DNA of 63,979 nucleotides, filler included, from Neoconidiobolus thromboides FSU 785 (GCA_025603075.1; 14 parts of 14 records of this genome joined end to end with filler, not necessarily neighbours in it), one strand, 5' to 3'; shown: positions 28,577 through 41,619, counted from the first letter of the whole stretch. Numbers and translations: made by a program. Notes: generated by a model from the letters alone, not told the origin.

Positions 28577-28638
28577 GGGGGATGTATTTTTGTGTCTAAG
28601 AGTTTTACTAACAAATTTTCCGCTTAAATAGCGCTTAA
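28577..28638 (+). mobile_element. Truncated MITE
   Basis: GGGGGATGTATTTTTGTGTCTAAG...AATAGCGCTTAA, then diverges. Confidence 0.7.
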
Positions 28639-29216
28639 TAAGTAGTTAAAACAATGGTTAAAAAAAACACTTATGTATGTTTTTATGATAATCTAGACAC
28701 GTGATAAAAGCAATATTTTGGGTTTCATTGGATTTCATTTATCCAGGTTATCTAAGTCAGAATTCAATTTTATAGCGTAGACAGCTTAATAAGATGGGGT
28801 AGCATATTTTATATTTATAATATACAAAGTAGATCTAGTATTAAGATAAAGCTGTTTATTTAATATTCAAAATTTCAGCTATTGTAGTTTTCTATCAGTA
28901 CACTTATTTACATAGTTCGATACAAATTCTAATACAGTTATTGAAGTACAATTGTGCAGTCTTCAACCGTTTATTTTAGAATAAACTCTTAAACATAATT
29001 TTCACTAAAGCTTAAGTATCTAGGCTTTAGAAAAAAATTAAACAAACAGTGGCACAAGAAATTTTGAGAGAAATTGCGTGTGAATTTTAACAGGTGCTAA
29101 TGAAGTCCAACCAAGGAGATCCAGTTTTAAAAGATAGAAAATTTTGGTCAATCGAATCTCAAATGTCCCAATTTAACAACAAAATCTTTTTACTACTTTA
29201 AACTATATTTTAAAAA

Positions 29217-30396
29217 ATGTCAACAAGAGGCGACAGCGAAATAATGAAAGGTGAAGAGCAAGAGATCAAACGAATGAAAATAAGCAATGGTTTTGATTTT
29301 GATTATTGGTTTAAAGCAAAAACATCAGGGCCAAAATATATTTATGAAGATGGTAAACAAAGATTATTGAAGTACATAATTTCACAACTTACTCATTCTG
29401 TTAGATCTAATCCGAATAGATCCTTATTTCTTTATATATCAATGTAATGCTAAAGGTAGATGGGTAAACAAAAGTGTACACCATGTATTTACAACGGAAT
29501 TCCAAGACCAAAGTACAGAGTACTATGTAATATTTTAAAGCATATTTTCATTTATTGTGTTAAATTAACAAAATATTAAGGAGTTGGCTATTTTAGAAGG
29601 ACGAATAAGAGTAAATGGATGTCAAGTCAGTTCAGAATACAAAATAAAGAGTATGGATAGAATACAACATTTAATACATCGACATGAACCTCCTGTGAAT
29701 AGATTCCCAGAAATCGAGTATATTTATGAGGATAGAGAGTTGTTAATAGTAAACAAACCAAGTAGTTTACCAGTACATCCAAGTGGGAGATACAGCCATA
29801 ATACATTAATAGAAATGATAAAGCACAGAAAAAAACTAACAAAATTACATCCAAGCAATAGGTTAGATAGATTAACTAGTGGTATTGTTATTATAGGACT
29901 AAATGAAGTTATAGCTAAAAAAATAGAAAGTGAAATGAAGTTAAATAAAGTGAGTAAGGAGTATTTTTGTCGAGTTGATGGAAAGTTTCCAGAATTTGTG
30001 GAATGCGATCAACCTATTAAAGTATTAAATCATAAACTTGGAATAAACACGGTACACCCAGATGGAAAGCCAAGTTTTACTAGGTTTGAGCTAGTGAAGT
30101 TTAATGGTAAGTCTTCTTTAGTTAAAGCTATTCCAAAAACTGGTAGAACTCATCAAATTAGAGTACATCTTTTTTATCTGGGATTTCCTATTGCTAATGA
30201 TCCTTTGTATAAGTTAAATAAAGATAGTGAAAGCAATAACGATAAGGAAAAAGATAGAAAGGAGGACATGGAAGTAAAATTGAATGGAATTGACAGTAAA
30301 GAGAAAGAAGCTGGAGATGATAAGGTAGAATTAATAGATAGTAAAATAAACAAAGTAATAGAAAACAACATAAAGGAAAAGAAAAAGGAGAAAGAA
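29217..30396 (+). CDS. RluA-family (Rib2/Pus9-like) pseudouridine synthase, copy B, 3' end cut by contig end
   Basis: Introns at 29352-29404 and ~29527-29580; HEPP, NRLDRLTSG and TGRTHQIRVHL...GFPIANDPLY. Confidence 0.9.
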
Positions 30397-30496
30397 NNNN
30401 NNNNNNNNNNNNNNNNNNNNNNNNNNNNNNNNNNNNNNNNTTAATTAATTAANNNNNNNNNNNNNNNNNNNNNNNNNNNNNNNNNNNNNNNNNNNN

Positions 30497-31053
30497 GGAT
30501 AGCTTATTTTGCATTGGTTAATATCATAAACTGGAACATCAACTTGTCTTAAAACATAAGAATAAGGACCATCTTCATATAGTCTCCCCCAACCTAAAAC
30601 AGTAAGACCTTTACCAGTTTGGGATGAAATATCATTATAATCTAGTTTTAATCTAAGATTAAACCCCTTTATAGGCTCAATTTTATATATAGCAATATCA
30701 TAGTTTATACTACTTTCACCAAGATAATATTTTGGATGTGGGATACGCTTCAAAATCTTCAAGTCTTTCCCATGTTCTTGTAAGCTAGTTAAATTCATAT
30801 TGTGACGATGAAAAGAAATAGTCCAATCGGATTCAGTAGCATTGATACAGTGAGCTGCTGTCACTACGGTATTTTTATTGAGTAAAGTACCACCACAAAC
30901 ATGTTTTCCATGATAATCTAAAGATATCATGAATGGATAGCGGAACTTTGGACTAACTTCAGTACCATTTACGATTCTTGAATCGCTAGAAAGAGAGGAT
31001 GAGACAAAGATAAACCAAATAAGAAAGTCTAGCATTATGCTTTTAATGAGCAT
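30497..31053 (-). CDS. Secreted trypsin-like serine protease (S1), 3' end cut by contig end
   Basis: Signal peptide, R-IVNG activation site, CGGTL, TAAHC, DIAI and GWG motifs. Confidence 0.93.
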
Positions 31054-33370
31054 TTCACTAAATCATGGCGTCTATTTATAGTTTTCTTTCTTATGTTAAC
31101 ATTTGCCTAGATCTATTAGTAAATTTAAATTATTTATTTTACTATACTTACTACCATGTGTTTATAACAGTACGCTTTATTATATTTTATGATTTATTAT
31201 AATGACTTTTTATACTGTATTTTATAATACTATATTATGTGTAAACCAATATGATCAGTTTCATGCATTCATTTCTGCTCTTTTATTTCATATATATTTA
31301 TTTCTACTATGCTTTATTAATTTAACCTAGACTTGATATTTTTCTTGTTTATGATTGAAAGTGATATTAATTTAAATAGCAAACTGGGTAAAAGTTTCTC
31401 CATACCAAAAAATTTATTTTGTTTTTTCAAGGTTATAATTATAGATGAAACTAAGGAATTTTTAATAGTTTATCTAATTTAACATGTAAATTAATTAAAT
31501 ATCTACTAAACTTATGATTTTTGTTTCAATTTTACAGCTACTGAAACTCTATTATGACTTGACTACTCATTTAGGAATAAAAGTTTACTAGAATCAAACT
31601 AAATTTATTAACCCAGTTAAAAAACTAAATAGACAAATAAACAGCTCTAAAAACTATTATAAATTGTCACAATAGAGTTAGAACAGTTGTAATTTTGTTT
31701 TTTTTGTTGACAGACAATTTTGAGTATTAGCTTTAAAATAATCTAAAAGGTTTACATTGATTATGATTAGTATGACGTTTTATACTAGTTTTATTTTATA
31801 TAATTTATAACTAACTAGAAAATCGTTATATCAAGTAAAGTATCGTAGTATTATCTTTATTTATTTGAACTTTATTCAATATTATCAGCTTATACCATAA
31901 AAAATCCAAAAATTAATAAATCATAATTTGGGATTGTAGAGTTATAATTTTCTTATAAGGAATATATTAATTAAAAAGATAATAATAAGCTTGTCAAATA
32001 AGAATTAAAAACAAAAGCAGAACTCTGATATATTGCTAATGTCTCTATAACCCCTAAACAATTTATTACTAGGGTTAATATTACTATAAATGGTTGAATT
32101 CGGAATAGTAGAAAGTACAAAACTTCCCAAATTCAATTTTATGTGAAAAGTTAGGTGAGATTGGTCTTATCAATATTAACTCAATGAACCATGCACTGGC
32201 ATTCGAATAGTTTAGTATATTAAAACATTACATAGACTGTTTATGACAATTTCATTCTTTGAAATTGATTTATGTAACAGCACATCAACTACTTACCTTT
32301 ACTTTTGCTAAAGATCCTTTGCGCCATAAACCTTCTGATTCTTCCCCTCTAGATTATCTCTTTTTGCAACGAAGAGCCTTTGGGATTAAGTTGTTAATTT
32401 TTTTATTGAATATGTTGGTAACTCTCAATTATTATTTGACTTTAATAACAAGGATATTTATGGTTTTTTTGTTTCTATTGACTATAATATCTTACCAATT
32501 GCTCCTATGGTTATCATTAATAAACACATCTTTCTTGGACTTAAATCATTTTTTTAATCTGTTATGTATAGTCTTTATAGCATAGGCTCAAGATGTGGAT
32601 ATATGAAATTACATATAGTGGATGAATATCTCTTGTCTATAATGGTAATGAAAAGTTTACTCATTAATTACTTATCTGACTATTTACAGTAGATTTATGG
32701 TCTTCTATTTGGCTTTCTTTTTTTCTAAACCCCTTGCTCTACTCTTTACATTTGCTTATGTATGCATTATTGATCCTAAAAATCGACGCTGGTACCTTAT
32801 CATATTTTACTGTGGTGTGCTCAGTTTCCTTTTTTGTCCAATCAGCGCACATCAAACCCATGCTTAATCTCCAACTTATTCCACTAACTTTGATCTGCCC
32901 TAGTCTTTGCTCTTTAGCTTTTGATGAACTCTGATCCATTTTTTTGCGTTTGGCCTTAGTAGACCACCCCTCTATCAGTTCTCTGACTTCTTCTGATATG
33001 TAATAATTTAGCCTATAGATCGTGTATAATTCGTTTTTATTTTATAAATGCCAATCTTATTATTTCGCTTCCCCTTAATTAATCTATTTAAGCTTCTTTT
33101 TACCTAATGAAAGCATAAAGTCTTTCAAACTTTGAATTCAAAAAAAAGTGAATATAGAGAGCTAGAAACTTTTTAACAATTATTTTATTATTAAAATTTA
33201 AATCAAATAGATTTGAAACGTTGAAATACCAATTAACATAACTATCCCATTATATTTTAAACCCATTCGTGATAAACTTCACCAATATTAGAGTGTCAAC
33301 AAATTTGATATTCAATGATTAATAAATCAATAACAATACCCAGGAACAACAAAATAATCGATTCACTCCA

Positions 33371-34634
33371 TTAGCATTTAGCCAGGAACGCAGCCATTTT
33401 AATAGAATCTAATTTGGGTTGAGAAGTGGTATAAGTTCTTACCTCATCATTTCTATTTTCTTTTAAATTTTCTAAAACCTGTTGATATTCTTCTAAAATG
33501 TTTTTATGATGATTTTTATATAATTTAGCAAAATTTAATAAATGGCGTTTAGCATCCGAATCTCTATAACCTTCATAATATTCCATTTCTTTAGGTAAAT
33601 GTAAATTCAATCGTTGCATTTGTCCATGTCGATATTCTTCATATTTTTTAGCCTACAAAATTAATCATTTGATTTTATAAGTATTAGTTTATTACCATTT
33701 CAAAATCTTCCAATGCAACATCCACCTTCGATTGATTAATTGTGCTTGCTTTTTTGAGTACTAAAAGCCCTTGTTCTCTCTTTTCTTTTTTAAGTTTAGC
33801 ATGTTCCAATTCAAGTGCCACATTAAATCGGTGCATTAAAGTGTCCATAAGATATAATATTGAATTGGTAGTTAATTCAAAATAATAATTTAACGAGTTA
33901 ACTTCAGCCGTTTGAAACATACCTTCCGAATCTGATTGTATAACCTTACCCATTTTACGAGCAATAGAAGTAACAAGTAAATCTTCTTGATTAAGCTCAC
34001 CTAAATGAACCCAAGAAACTCCCAGATTAATGGATTTGGCCGCCATATCTAATAATGCTTGTGCTACTTGATTTTGTTGCTTATGTAAATTTTGTTCTGA
34101 AAACATCACCTCTTTTAAGATCATTTCTGTCGCCATTAATTTGGCTCTTAAATTACCATATGGTTTATCATCCTCACATCGATACCCTTGATAGTTAATA
34201 CTCAGCTTATGAATTTGAACCGGTGCTGGAGAATACACAAATTTGGATTCTAGAAAAGTTTGTAATTCCAAATCTTTTTTAAACACCTGATGTTGACTTA
34301 AACGTATTAAAAATTGTTCCATATCTTGCTTATGTAGATTAGGCTGGGATTTTATCTGAGGAGGTAAAACAGGAACAAGTAAATCAGTATAGTTGGCTGT
34401 TAAATAATTATAAAGTTTTAAAAATTCTTGATAACTTCGAGATACATCTTTTAATTGTTTATGTTTATATTGATTTAAATTGGTCTAAAAATAGTCAAAT
34501 TTTTATGTATTTATTATTATCAATTAGTTTACCTTCACCTCCATCATATAATTGAAATGTTTGTTATTCATATCAACATATTTAATTGATATGTTTAAAT
34601 AATGGACTATTTTTTCAATTTCTTTTTCTTCCAT
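33371..34634 (-). CDS. PX-domain sorting nexin (Vps17/Vps5-like PX plus helical domain), 3 or more exons
   Basis: RSYQEFLKLYNYL...LLVPVLPP...FLIRLSQH.VF..D.ELQTFLES, then a coiled, helical C-terminus. Confidence 0.75.
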
Positions 34635-35220
34635 ATAGATTAGTAATATAAAAATCGATCTATGTTTTTTTTCTGATTAAGAACTCAAAATTTGTAACTA
34701 AACTACAATTTTTGCAGAAGAGACCATTTGATGTTGCAATTTTTAAGTTATCATTATAACCCATATTATAAATAGTAAGGAAATTGTTCATGAAATAAAC
34801 TAACTTTATTAATGTTTTATTTTGTGAATACACAAATAAAAAGACATTTTACTTTAATTATTGTTCTCTAAATTATCAGAAAATAATAGCAAACTTTAAT
34901 AAAATAACATTTGATAAAAAATTGGATAAATTAATTTATTATATCTTTATTCAATTTCAAAATGAATCTAATAGACTAGAAATGCTAACAATAGTTTGGA
35001 TTAAGAGATACTAAACAAATGATAAGACAATCGTAATAATAAACAATAAGTAAATAAATTTATAAATAGTTACCAAAGTATTAAACAAACTACAAAATAC
35101 ATAATTATCTAATAACTGTTTTAATATATATACTCAGTTTAGTCGATTTAATTAGCCTAATATAATATACTGCTTCCAAAGCTCAAAATCAATATTATAA
35201 AATAGAACTTAATTAATGTA

Positions 35221-35855
35221 CTAAATAAGATTTAAACTTTTTAAAAACCCAATTGAAGCTCTTTTCGTTTGTTGAAAATTAGTTTCGAAACCATCGTCAC
35301 CACCATAATATGGATCCTTAATTATAGTTTCTTTATTTGGGTCATAATTTCCAAATAATTCCACTAACAATAAATTAAAAATAACAGAATAATTATATGT
35401 TTACCTTTAGAATCCGAATCTTTTGGTTTTATATGATTCAAATCACTTAAATTACTATTATCCATACAAAGGATATAATTAAATTTATAAAAATCTTCTT
35501 TCTTTATCTATTAATCATTAATTTATTATTACTATTATTATATATTAACTTCTATTTTTAAACTTACTTTTCTAGAAATTGAATAAACAGGAACACCATG
35601 TTGTTTACATTTAGCAATACTTCTAGGATCTGCTTTATCTCCAGCCTAACAAGTTTAAATATATCAGCTCAGAAACTCTTAACATATTAAAATTTTCAAT
35701 TTTACATGATAACCAGCTGTACCTGCAGAATCAATTGTAAATAAATGATCCAATTTCCGGGTTTTTATTTCATTAATAAATACTGCCTCTGCCATTGGAG
35801 ATCGACAAATATTTCCGAGACACACAAATAATACAGTATATTTTGCTTCAGACAT
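35221..35855 (-). CDS. LTP1: Low-molecular-weight protein tyrosine phosphatase, multi-exon (missing from the ORF track)
   Basis: MSEAKYTVLFVCLGNICRSPMAEAVF...IDSAGTAGYH...DPRS...IKDPYYGGDDGFE. Confidence 0.92.
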
Positions 35856-36590
35856 GATATTTGTTAATTAAATTACAAGGAAAACGTAAAATTAAATGAA
35901 GTTGATGTGTTTAATAAAGTCTTAATTGATTGGCTGATATTCGATAGATAATTTTGGCCATGACTGGCATACGAAATAATTTTTTTAGCATTGATATTTT
36001 GGTCATTTTTATACTGTACGAAAATGAAAATACTTTGTTATTATTTCATTATAAATTAAATTGTTAGCTTGTATAGATTTGAGTATTATAAGTAGTGTAG
36101 TAGGAGAATATTGAGGTGATTGATTTATAAAAAGGGAATTTTTACTATAGACAAAAATAAAAATGATGATAGAACTTGTTTTTAATTTTGTAAATTCTAT
36201 CTTTTATATAAAGAATTCAGCAATGTTTTAATTGAAAGCATGACTTATAGAATGTATCTATTAATTTTCAAGTTCGTTTTTTGAATATTAATTTATCAAA
36301 TTGAGTCGGCTGTTCAATAATTGCCTGTTTAAAGAAAATATCAAGAATATTTGACTCATTGAAAATGCTATCTGCCACCCCTAAAATTAATCTTTTTGTG
36401 ATTTTTTTATACTTTTAAAAAACTCTATTAATTTGTAGCTGTCAAATACAATTCTATAACTTTAATATAGTACAAAATATGGACTAAAGACTCTAAAAAA
36501 CAGTCTCACACGACGTATTTACCGCACGCTGTGTTAGAAAGAGTAATAAAAATCAAAATAGTGATATTCTATCGATCATCAGTTACATAT

Positions 36591-36689
36591 GGGAATGTAT
36601 TTTTGTGTTTAACAATTTTACTAACAAATTTTCCGCTCAAATAGTGCTTAAAAAATGGAAAAAGTAATGAAGTTAAAGAAAACACCCCC
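36591..36689 (+). mobile_element. ~98-bp MITE
   Basis: ATAT/ATAT TSD. Confidence 0.88.
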
Positions 36690-37094
36690 ATATGTTTTAT
36701 TTAGAATACGCAATATTAAACAGTATTGAAAAAGTTAAAGGGTTGGCAAATATTATTATCAACAATTAACATGGTAATTAACTAGTTATAGTCACAAAAT
36801 GTGAATAAAGTCGTGCCAATGCTAATATAAAAGATGATATGAACTAGCTTTATAGTTATATACTATTTGAAATCATCATCATAGTGTATTTATAACAAAT
36901 ATAATCACTTATTTTTTAAATTAAACCGAGTACATCAGCTTCTGGTTCAAATTCAAGTGTTAAGTAATAATAACTAGATTTAATAAATTATTGATATTAT
37001 TAAAATGTTTAATTAAACATAAAAGATACAGTTATCAGTTTCAAAATTAAGCCTATAAATCCTATTGATGCTTTTTCAATAAATAAGTAATAGT

Positions 37095-37194
37095 GAGGAT
37101 GTATTTTTGTATTTAAGAATTTTACTAACAATTTTTCCACTTAAATAGCACGCTCAAAAGATAGAAAAAGTAATGAAGTAAAAGAAACACTCCC
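37095..37194 (+). mobile_element. ~98-bp MITE
   Basis: GAGGATGT...ACACTCCC; AGT on both flanks. Confidence 0.8.
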
Positions 37195-37329
37195 AGTGAT
37201 AAACTACTAAATGATTTTTACCATTATCTTAATTACTGTTTTTATATTCTGAGATTTAACAGTAATTTACTATTATTTTGCATTATAAAAATAAATAAAG
37301 GGCCTTAAAGCTTAAGGAGGTATTATTAA

Positions 37330-37402
37330 TGATCCCGCCAGGGATCGAACCTGGAATCTTCTGTTCCGTAGACAGACGCCTTATCCATTGGGCCACGGGA
37401 CC
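37330..37402 (-). tRNA. tRNA-Arg(ACG)
   Basis: GGTCCCG acceptor stem pairing with CGGGATC; anticodon arm TCTGT-CTACGGA-ACAGA; T-loop GTTCGAT; 73 nt; no intron. Confidence 0.95.
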
Positions 37403-37483
37403 TTTTACCCTTTCTTGATTTAACTATAGTTATTTTTTATATAAAATTTTTTTTTTGGAAAACAAATCCGCATTTTAGGGTAT

Positions 37484-37671
37484 GTGGATATATTTTTGTA
37501 TTTAAGAATTTTACTAATAATTTTTCCATTCAAATAGCGCTTAAAAGATGGAAAAAGTAATGAACCCAAAAAACATCACCATATGGCTTTTTTTCAACCC
37601 CATCACTTTTCATTTTTCAAGTACTATTTGAGTAAAACAATTGTTAGTGAAATTTTAAAAAATACATCCTT
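37484..37671. mobile_element. Inverted MITE doublet (37484-37580 and 37585-37671) joined by ATAT to a transposon right end
   Basis: Single ATAT spacers at 37581-37584 and 37672-37675. Confidence 0.8.
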
Positions 37672-37675
37672 ATAT

Positions 37676-37872
37676 GGGGTTGTCTGAATTAGTTTCATTA
37701 TTTTATCCAATTTAAATATTCTGTATTTTAAAAACTTCGCTTAAAATTCTATAAAATCAAATCTTTTATTAAAACAAAAGTACTCGGACACAGTTCTAAA
37801 TCATTCTACTATAGTTTATACTGTAAGTTAGTTGAATTTCTACTAGATCTTAAATACATATTCTTATAAAAC
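37676..37872 (-). mobile_element. Right end of the Sola-like element
   Basis: Reverse complement of ~15238-15419; starts ATAT then GGGGTTGTCTGAATTAGTTTCATT; cut off by the 445-bp repeat at 37873. Confidence 0.85.
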
Positions 37873-38206
37873 TGTGAAATCTGGTACTCAGTGATTGGAG
37901 TCAAGAACAGCTATTGGCTGGTTGACTACGCTGTAAGTTGAAAGGTCTTAGTTTATATGACTAAGATAGACTTGAATTATGAAGAATGTCACATGATAAG
38001 CTACAGACTATGTGAGATAAATAGAATAGACAATACTAATGTAAATCTACATAAAATACTATTAAGAAAACTCAGTGGCTTTATTAAATATTCGAAATAT
38101 CAGTGAATAATTCAGTTAAAAAGCCTTGAGCTATTATGTTTTAAAATCTCTTTTATACTCTGAAAAGTATCAATATCAAAATGAGAAGATAATATTCTTT
38201 GGGATG
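37873..38206 (+). mobile_element. TG...CA repeat, 5' part, cut by contig end. Other contig-end fragments: 13097-13199, 17665-17832, 21567-21666, 57339-57397, 57398-57560 (opposite strand), 62561-62798, ~63010-63146
   Basis: TGTGAAATCTGGTACTCAGTG...; matches 41993-42437. Confidence 0.82.
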
Positions 38207-38306
38207 NNNNNNNNNNNNNNNNNNNNNNNNNNNNNNNNNNNNNNNNNNNNTTAATTAATTAANNNNNNNNNNNNNNNNNNNNNNNNNNNNNNNNNNNNNN
38301 NNNNNN

Positions 38307-39688
38307 CTTCCGTAAACTTTTAAACGTTCACCACCTACTTGTCTCATTTGACCAAGGATAGCTGCGATTAAACTCGATTTACCTGAACCAACATCACCAA
38401 TAACGGCAACAAGCTCACCATGTTTTATATCTAGTTTAAGATCTTGTAAAAATGGTGGGTGATCATCATTTTCTTCCCATGAGAAAGAAGATTCGTTCAT
38501 TTTAATAGCAAGTTCTGGATGGTCTGACTTTTGGTTAAGATCATAACCTTCAATTTCAAGTTGAGTGAAAAATTCATTTAAACGTTTAATTGATAAAATT
38601 GAGCCAGAGTAACTCTTTACAGCCATAGGTAACATAAGGAAAGGATAACGTAAAGTGTTGAAAACAGAAAGGATAGTAAACGCAATTGACGCAGATGGTT
38701 TTTCCTTGGTATAGGTTAATGTGACTAATGATAAGAGTGCAACAATAACAGGAACCGCAAACACAACAGCAAAGTTAATAGCCTTGATTTGCATTGTACG
38801 CTTGATGAGATTGATTTCTCTTTTACGAATTTCATTAATTCTCTCAGAAAATGGCTGTTCCCAGGCATAAAATTTGATCAACTTAATTGCAGTCAAAATT
38901 TCTGACATAAGATGAACTCTATGAGTAGTAATAGCAGTATTTTGAACTTGAAGATCGGAAGTTTTCTTACCAAGATAGTATTGTAAAGGAAGAAGAATGA
39001 TAACAATACCAAGAGCTGGAAAAGCAGCAACTCCTATTAAACCAAAAGAAATACCAAGAATCAAAATAGCTTCAACTAAAGCAGACCAAAGGAAATGTAA
39101 ATTGGTTACAGCTTCAGTGATACGTGAAACATCAGTGGAAAGTACATTAATAACCTCACCAGCACCACCTTTAACTCTGAATAACATAAGTGATTTTCTG
39201 TAAACTAAAACGGTAAGAGCTGATTTGATTTGGATTCCAATACGAGAGCATTGACCATAAAGTTGATGGATGGCAATTGAACTAAACAATGAAGAGAGGA
39301 ACAGAGCAAGGGCAAATAAATAACCAGCAGTATTACTCCAATGAAAGTTGACTTTATCAAAGTATTGGAGCGAAACTTGAAGGAAATAGTAAGCACCTAA
39401 CCATGTGAAAAGAGCCCAAACTAATTTCCAAATACCGACTAGAATATAAGCTTTACCATAAACCTTATAAAGAGATCTTAAAATGGATGGTGGGTTAGTA
39501 GTGTTTTTTTGCTCTTCTTGCCAAGCTGCTTCTAAATTGTCACCATTGATACCTGCCCTTTCGCTTTTAGCTAAAAGAATTTGAATTTGTTTAAGATCAG
39601 TACGAAGAAGAGCACTGACTAAAGGAAATACCCAGAAGTAAAACCAATCAGACAAGAAAAATAACCCTTTTAACTCGAAAGGCTTCAT
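38307..39688 (-). CDS. ABCC/MRP-type ABC transporter (TMD1 and start of NBD1), 3' end cut by contig end
   Basis: Multi-TM domain, IKLIKFYAWE, FNTLRYP, and Walker A GDVGSGKSS. Confidence 0.93.
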
Positions 39689-40289
39689 TTTAAATTACTG
39701 AGAATTAAGTAAATACGAATTGTTTTAATAGTATTAAATATAAATAAGTTAGTTGTCGTGGTACTTTAAAATATCTTTAAAGTATGTTATTAAGATATAC
39801 GCTTAAAATATTGATTATAAGTAGTTTTTTTGTTTTTATATTATTTTTTGTTTTTATATTTTTTATACTCAATTTTAAATTAACCCCAGATTATTTACTA
39901 AGAAGCCAGTAAAGTAGCTTTTCTTTGTTGAAAATGAGCATCTCATTTGTTCAGGACAAAAAATGCACACTTTCAACCATTTTAAAACTTATCTATATAT
40001 TTTAGGGGTTAAGGAGAGAATTTGTTTAACTTTAAAAAAAATAAGAATGCAGCTTTTTTCTTTTTAATCAAAAAAAAGGGTGTATTTAGTATTTTATTTT
40101 GCCCCACGAATTTTACTTTTACAATAGCCATCAAATGTTACACCTAGAATGTTATATTGTAAATATAGAAAATTCTGATGATATGGAAAAGATTATTTGT
40201 AAGCTATGAAATTGCTAGATTAATAATTTTTTAATTCTGAAAGAAGTATTTTTCCTCTTAGTCATATCTGATAATAGTATATATCAAAT

Positions 40290-40670
40290 TAAATTTAATA
40301 AATACCTTACTCTAAAAAATTTTATAGCCCCTCAATTAATTTGATCATAACTAAGTTTGGGATATGTGAACATTTACGACCCATGTATTATTGGGTATAG
40401 TAAAAATCATTTGGAATAATAAACCATGAAATTTAAAACATTGATTATGATATGAATATCAATGTATTTAAATAGTGAAATCTCAAAGTCATCATTATGG
40501 AGTGCTTTAATATCATCTCAAAGACGATTTGCAAAAGGAGTGAATCTAGAATCTTCCATATTTGGTATATAATTTTGATTCAAATATACTTTTTGTTCTA
40601 AAGTAACGTTTTTAATGAAATAACTAGAAAATGAATATATTATTTTGAAATCGAATTTAGCCAAAATCAT
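40290..40670 (-). pseudogene. Probable gene relic with several in-frame stops
   Basis: One frame reads MILAKFDFKIIYSFSS...RFTPFANRL*DDIKALH...YSK*FLL...GS*MF...IN*GAIKFFR, followed by a GTAAGG donor-like site; family not recognised. Confidence 0.3.
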
Positions 40671-41619
40671 CTTAATAGATTTTAAAATCAATATTTAAAA
40701 TAAAGGGTCAATTAACTAACTATTTGAAGTAATTTTTTTAATCAAAATAATAATAAATTAAATTGCGTCTTATTTTCAAACAATGATATTATAATTTGAA
40801 ATATACTGCACAATATTTTAGTGTACTATATAAGTATTGAAAATGAAGAGATAATATAAAGTCCTTTATTAAAATATATTGATAGTCTGAGCCAAGTTTT
40901 AAATCAAAGTAAACTATCAGATAGTTTGCTTTTTATATAGAATCATTTATTGGGTGCACTTACCTATCAAATAATAGACCAAGAAATGCTGTTAGCTTTA
41001 ATATATTAATTTTAAACTAGACCGAATTTAGTATTTTTCTATGAGCCACTACTAAATAGTATACATATAATTTAATTCAATTTATTCATAGTATAGAATT
41101 TATACTAATATATATAATATAGCTTAACTTTGAGTATTTAAGTTCTTAAAACAAAAATATTTAAGCTCTCCCAGCCACCACACAACCTTTATAAATAAGT
41201 TACTAATTTAAAAATAACCTCTTCATTTCGGTTATTTCAAATAGGTTATTAATTAAAAATTATAATCCTAGCAATTTAACCAAATATATAGTTATGTAAT
41301 TCTAGAATAAATATAGATAATAAAGTTTATTATAAGTAATTTTTTACTAATACTCTGCAAAATTTTAACAAAACAATTAAGCATAGGTTTTAGCTTTTTA
41401 TACTTTTTGAAAATATTTATTGTTATAAAATTAAAAGCAATAAACAACTGACTTACAGAAGTAGCCTTTAATATTTTAAAATATGGATATGGCCTATTTT
41501 TTATATAATAGTTATGAGACTTAATACTTGACTGAGATTATTGATAAGTGTTTAGAATTAAGTGCTCTTAACTCGAAATTCAAATTAGATAGCTTTATCT
41601 TATTTTTTTAACAACAGTT

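Noticed and set aside
40290-40670. UGA-as-Trp genetic code
   Set aside because: Intact genes use TGG for Trp and TGA ends the S28 gene; the TGA-containing frames also contain TAA or TAG.
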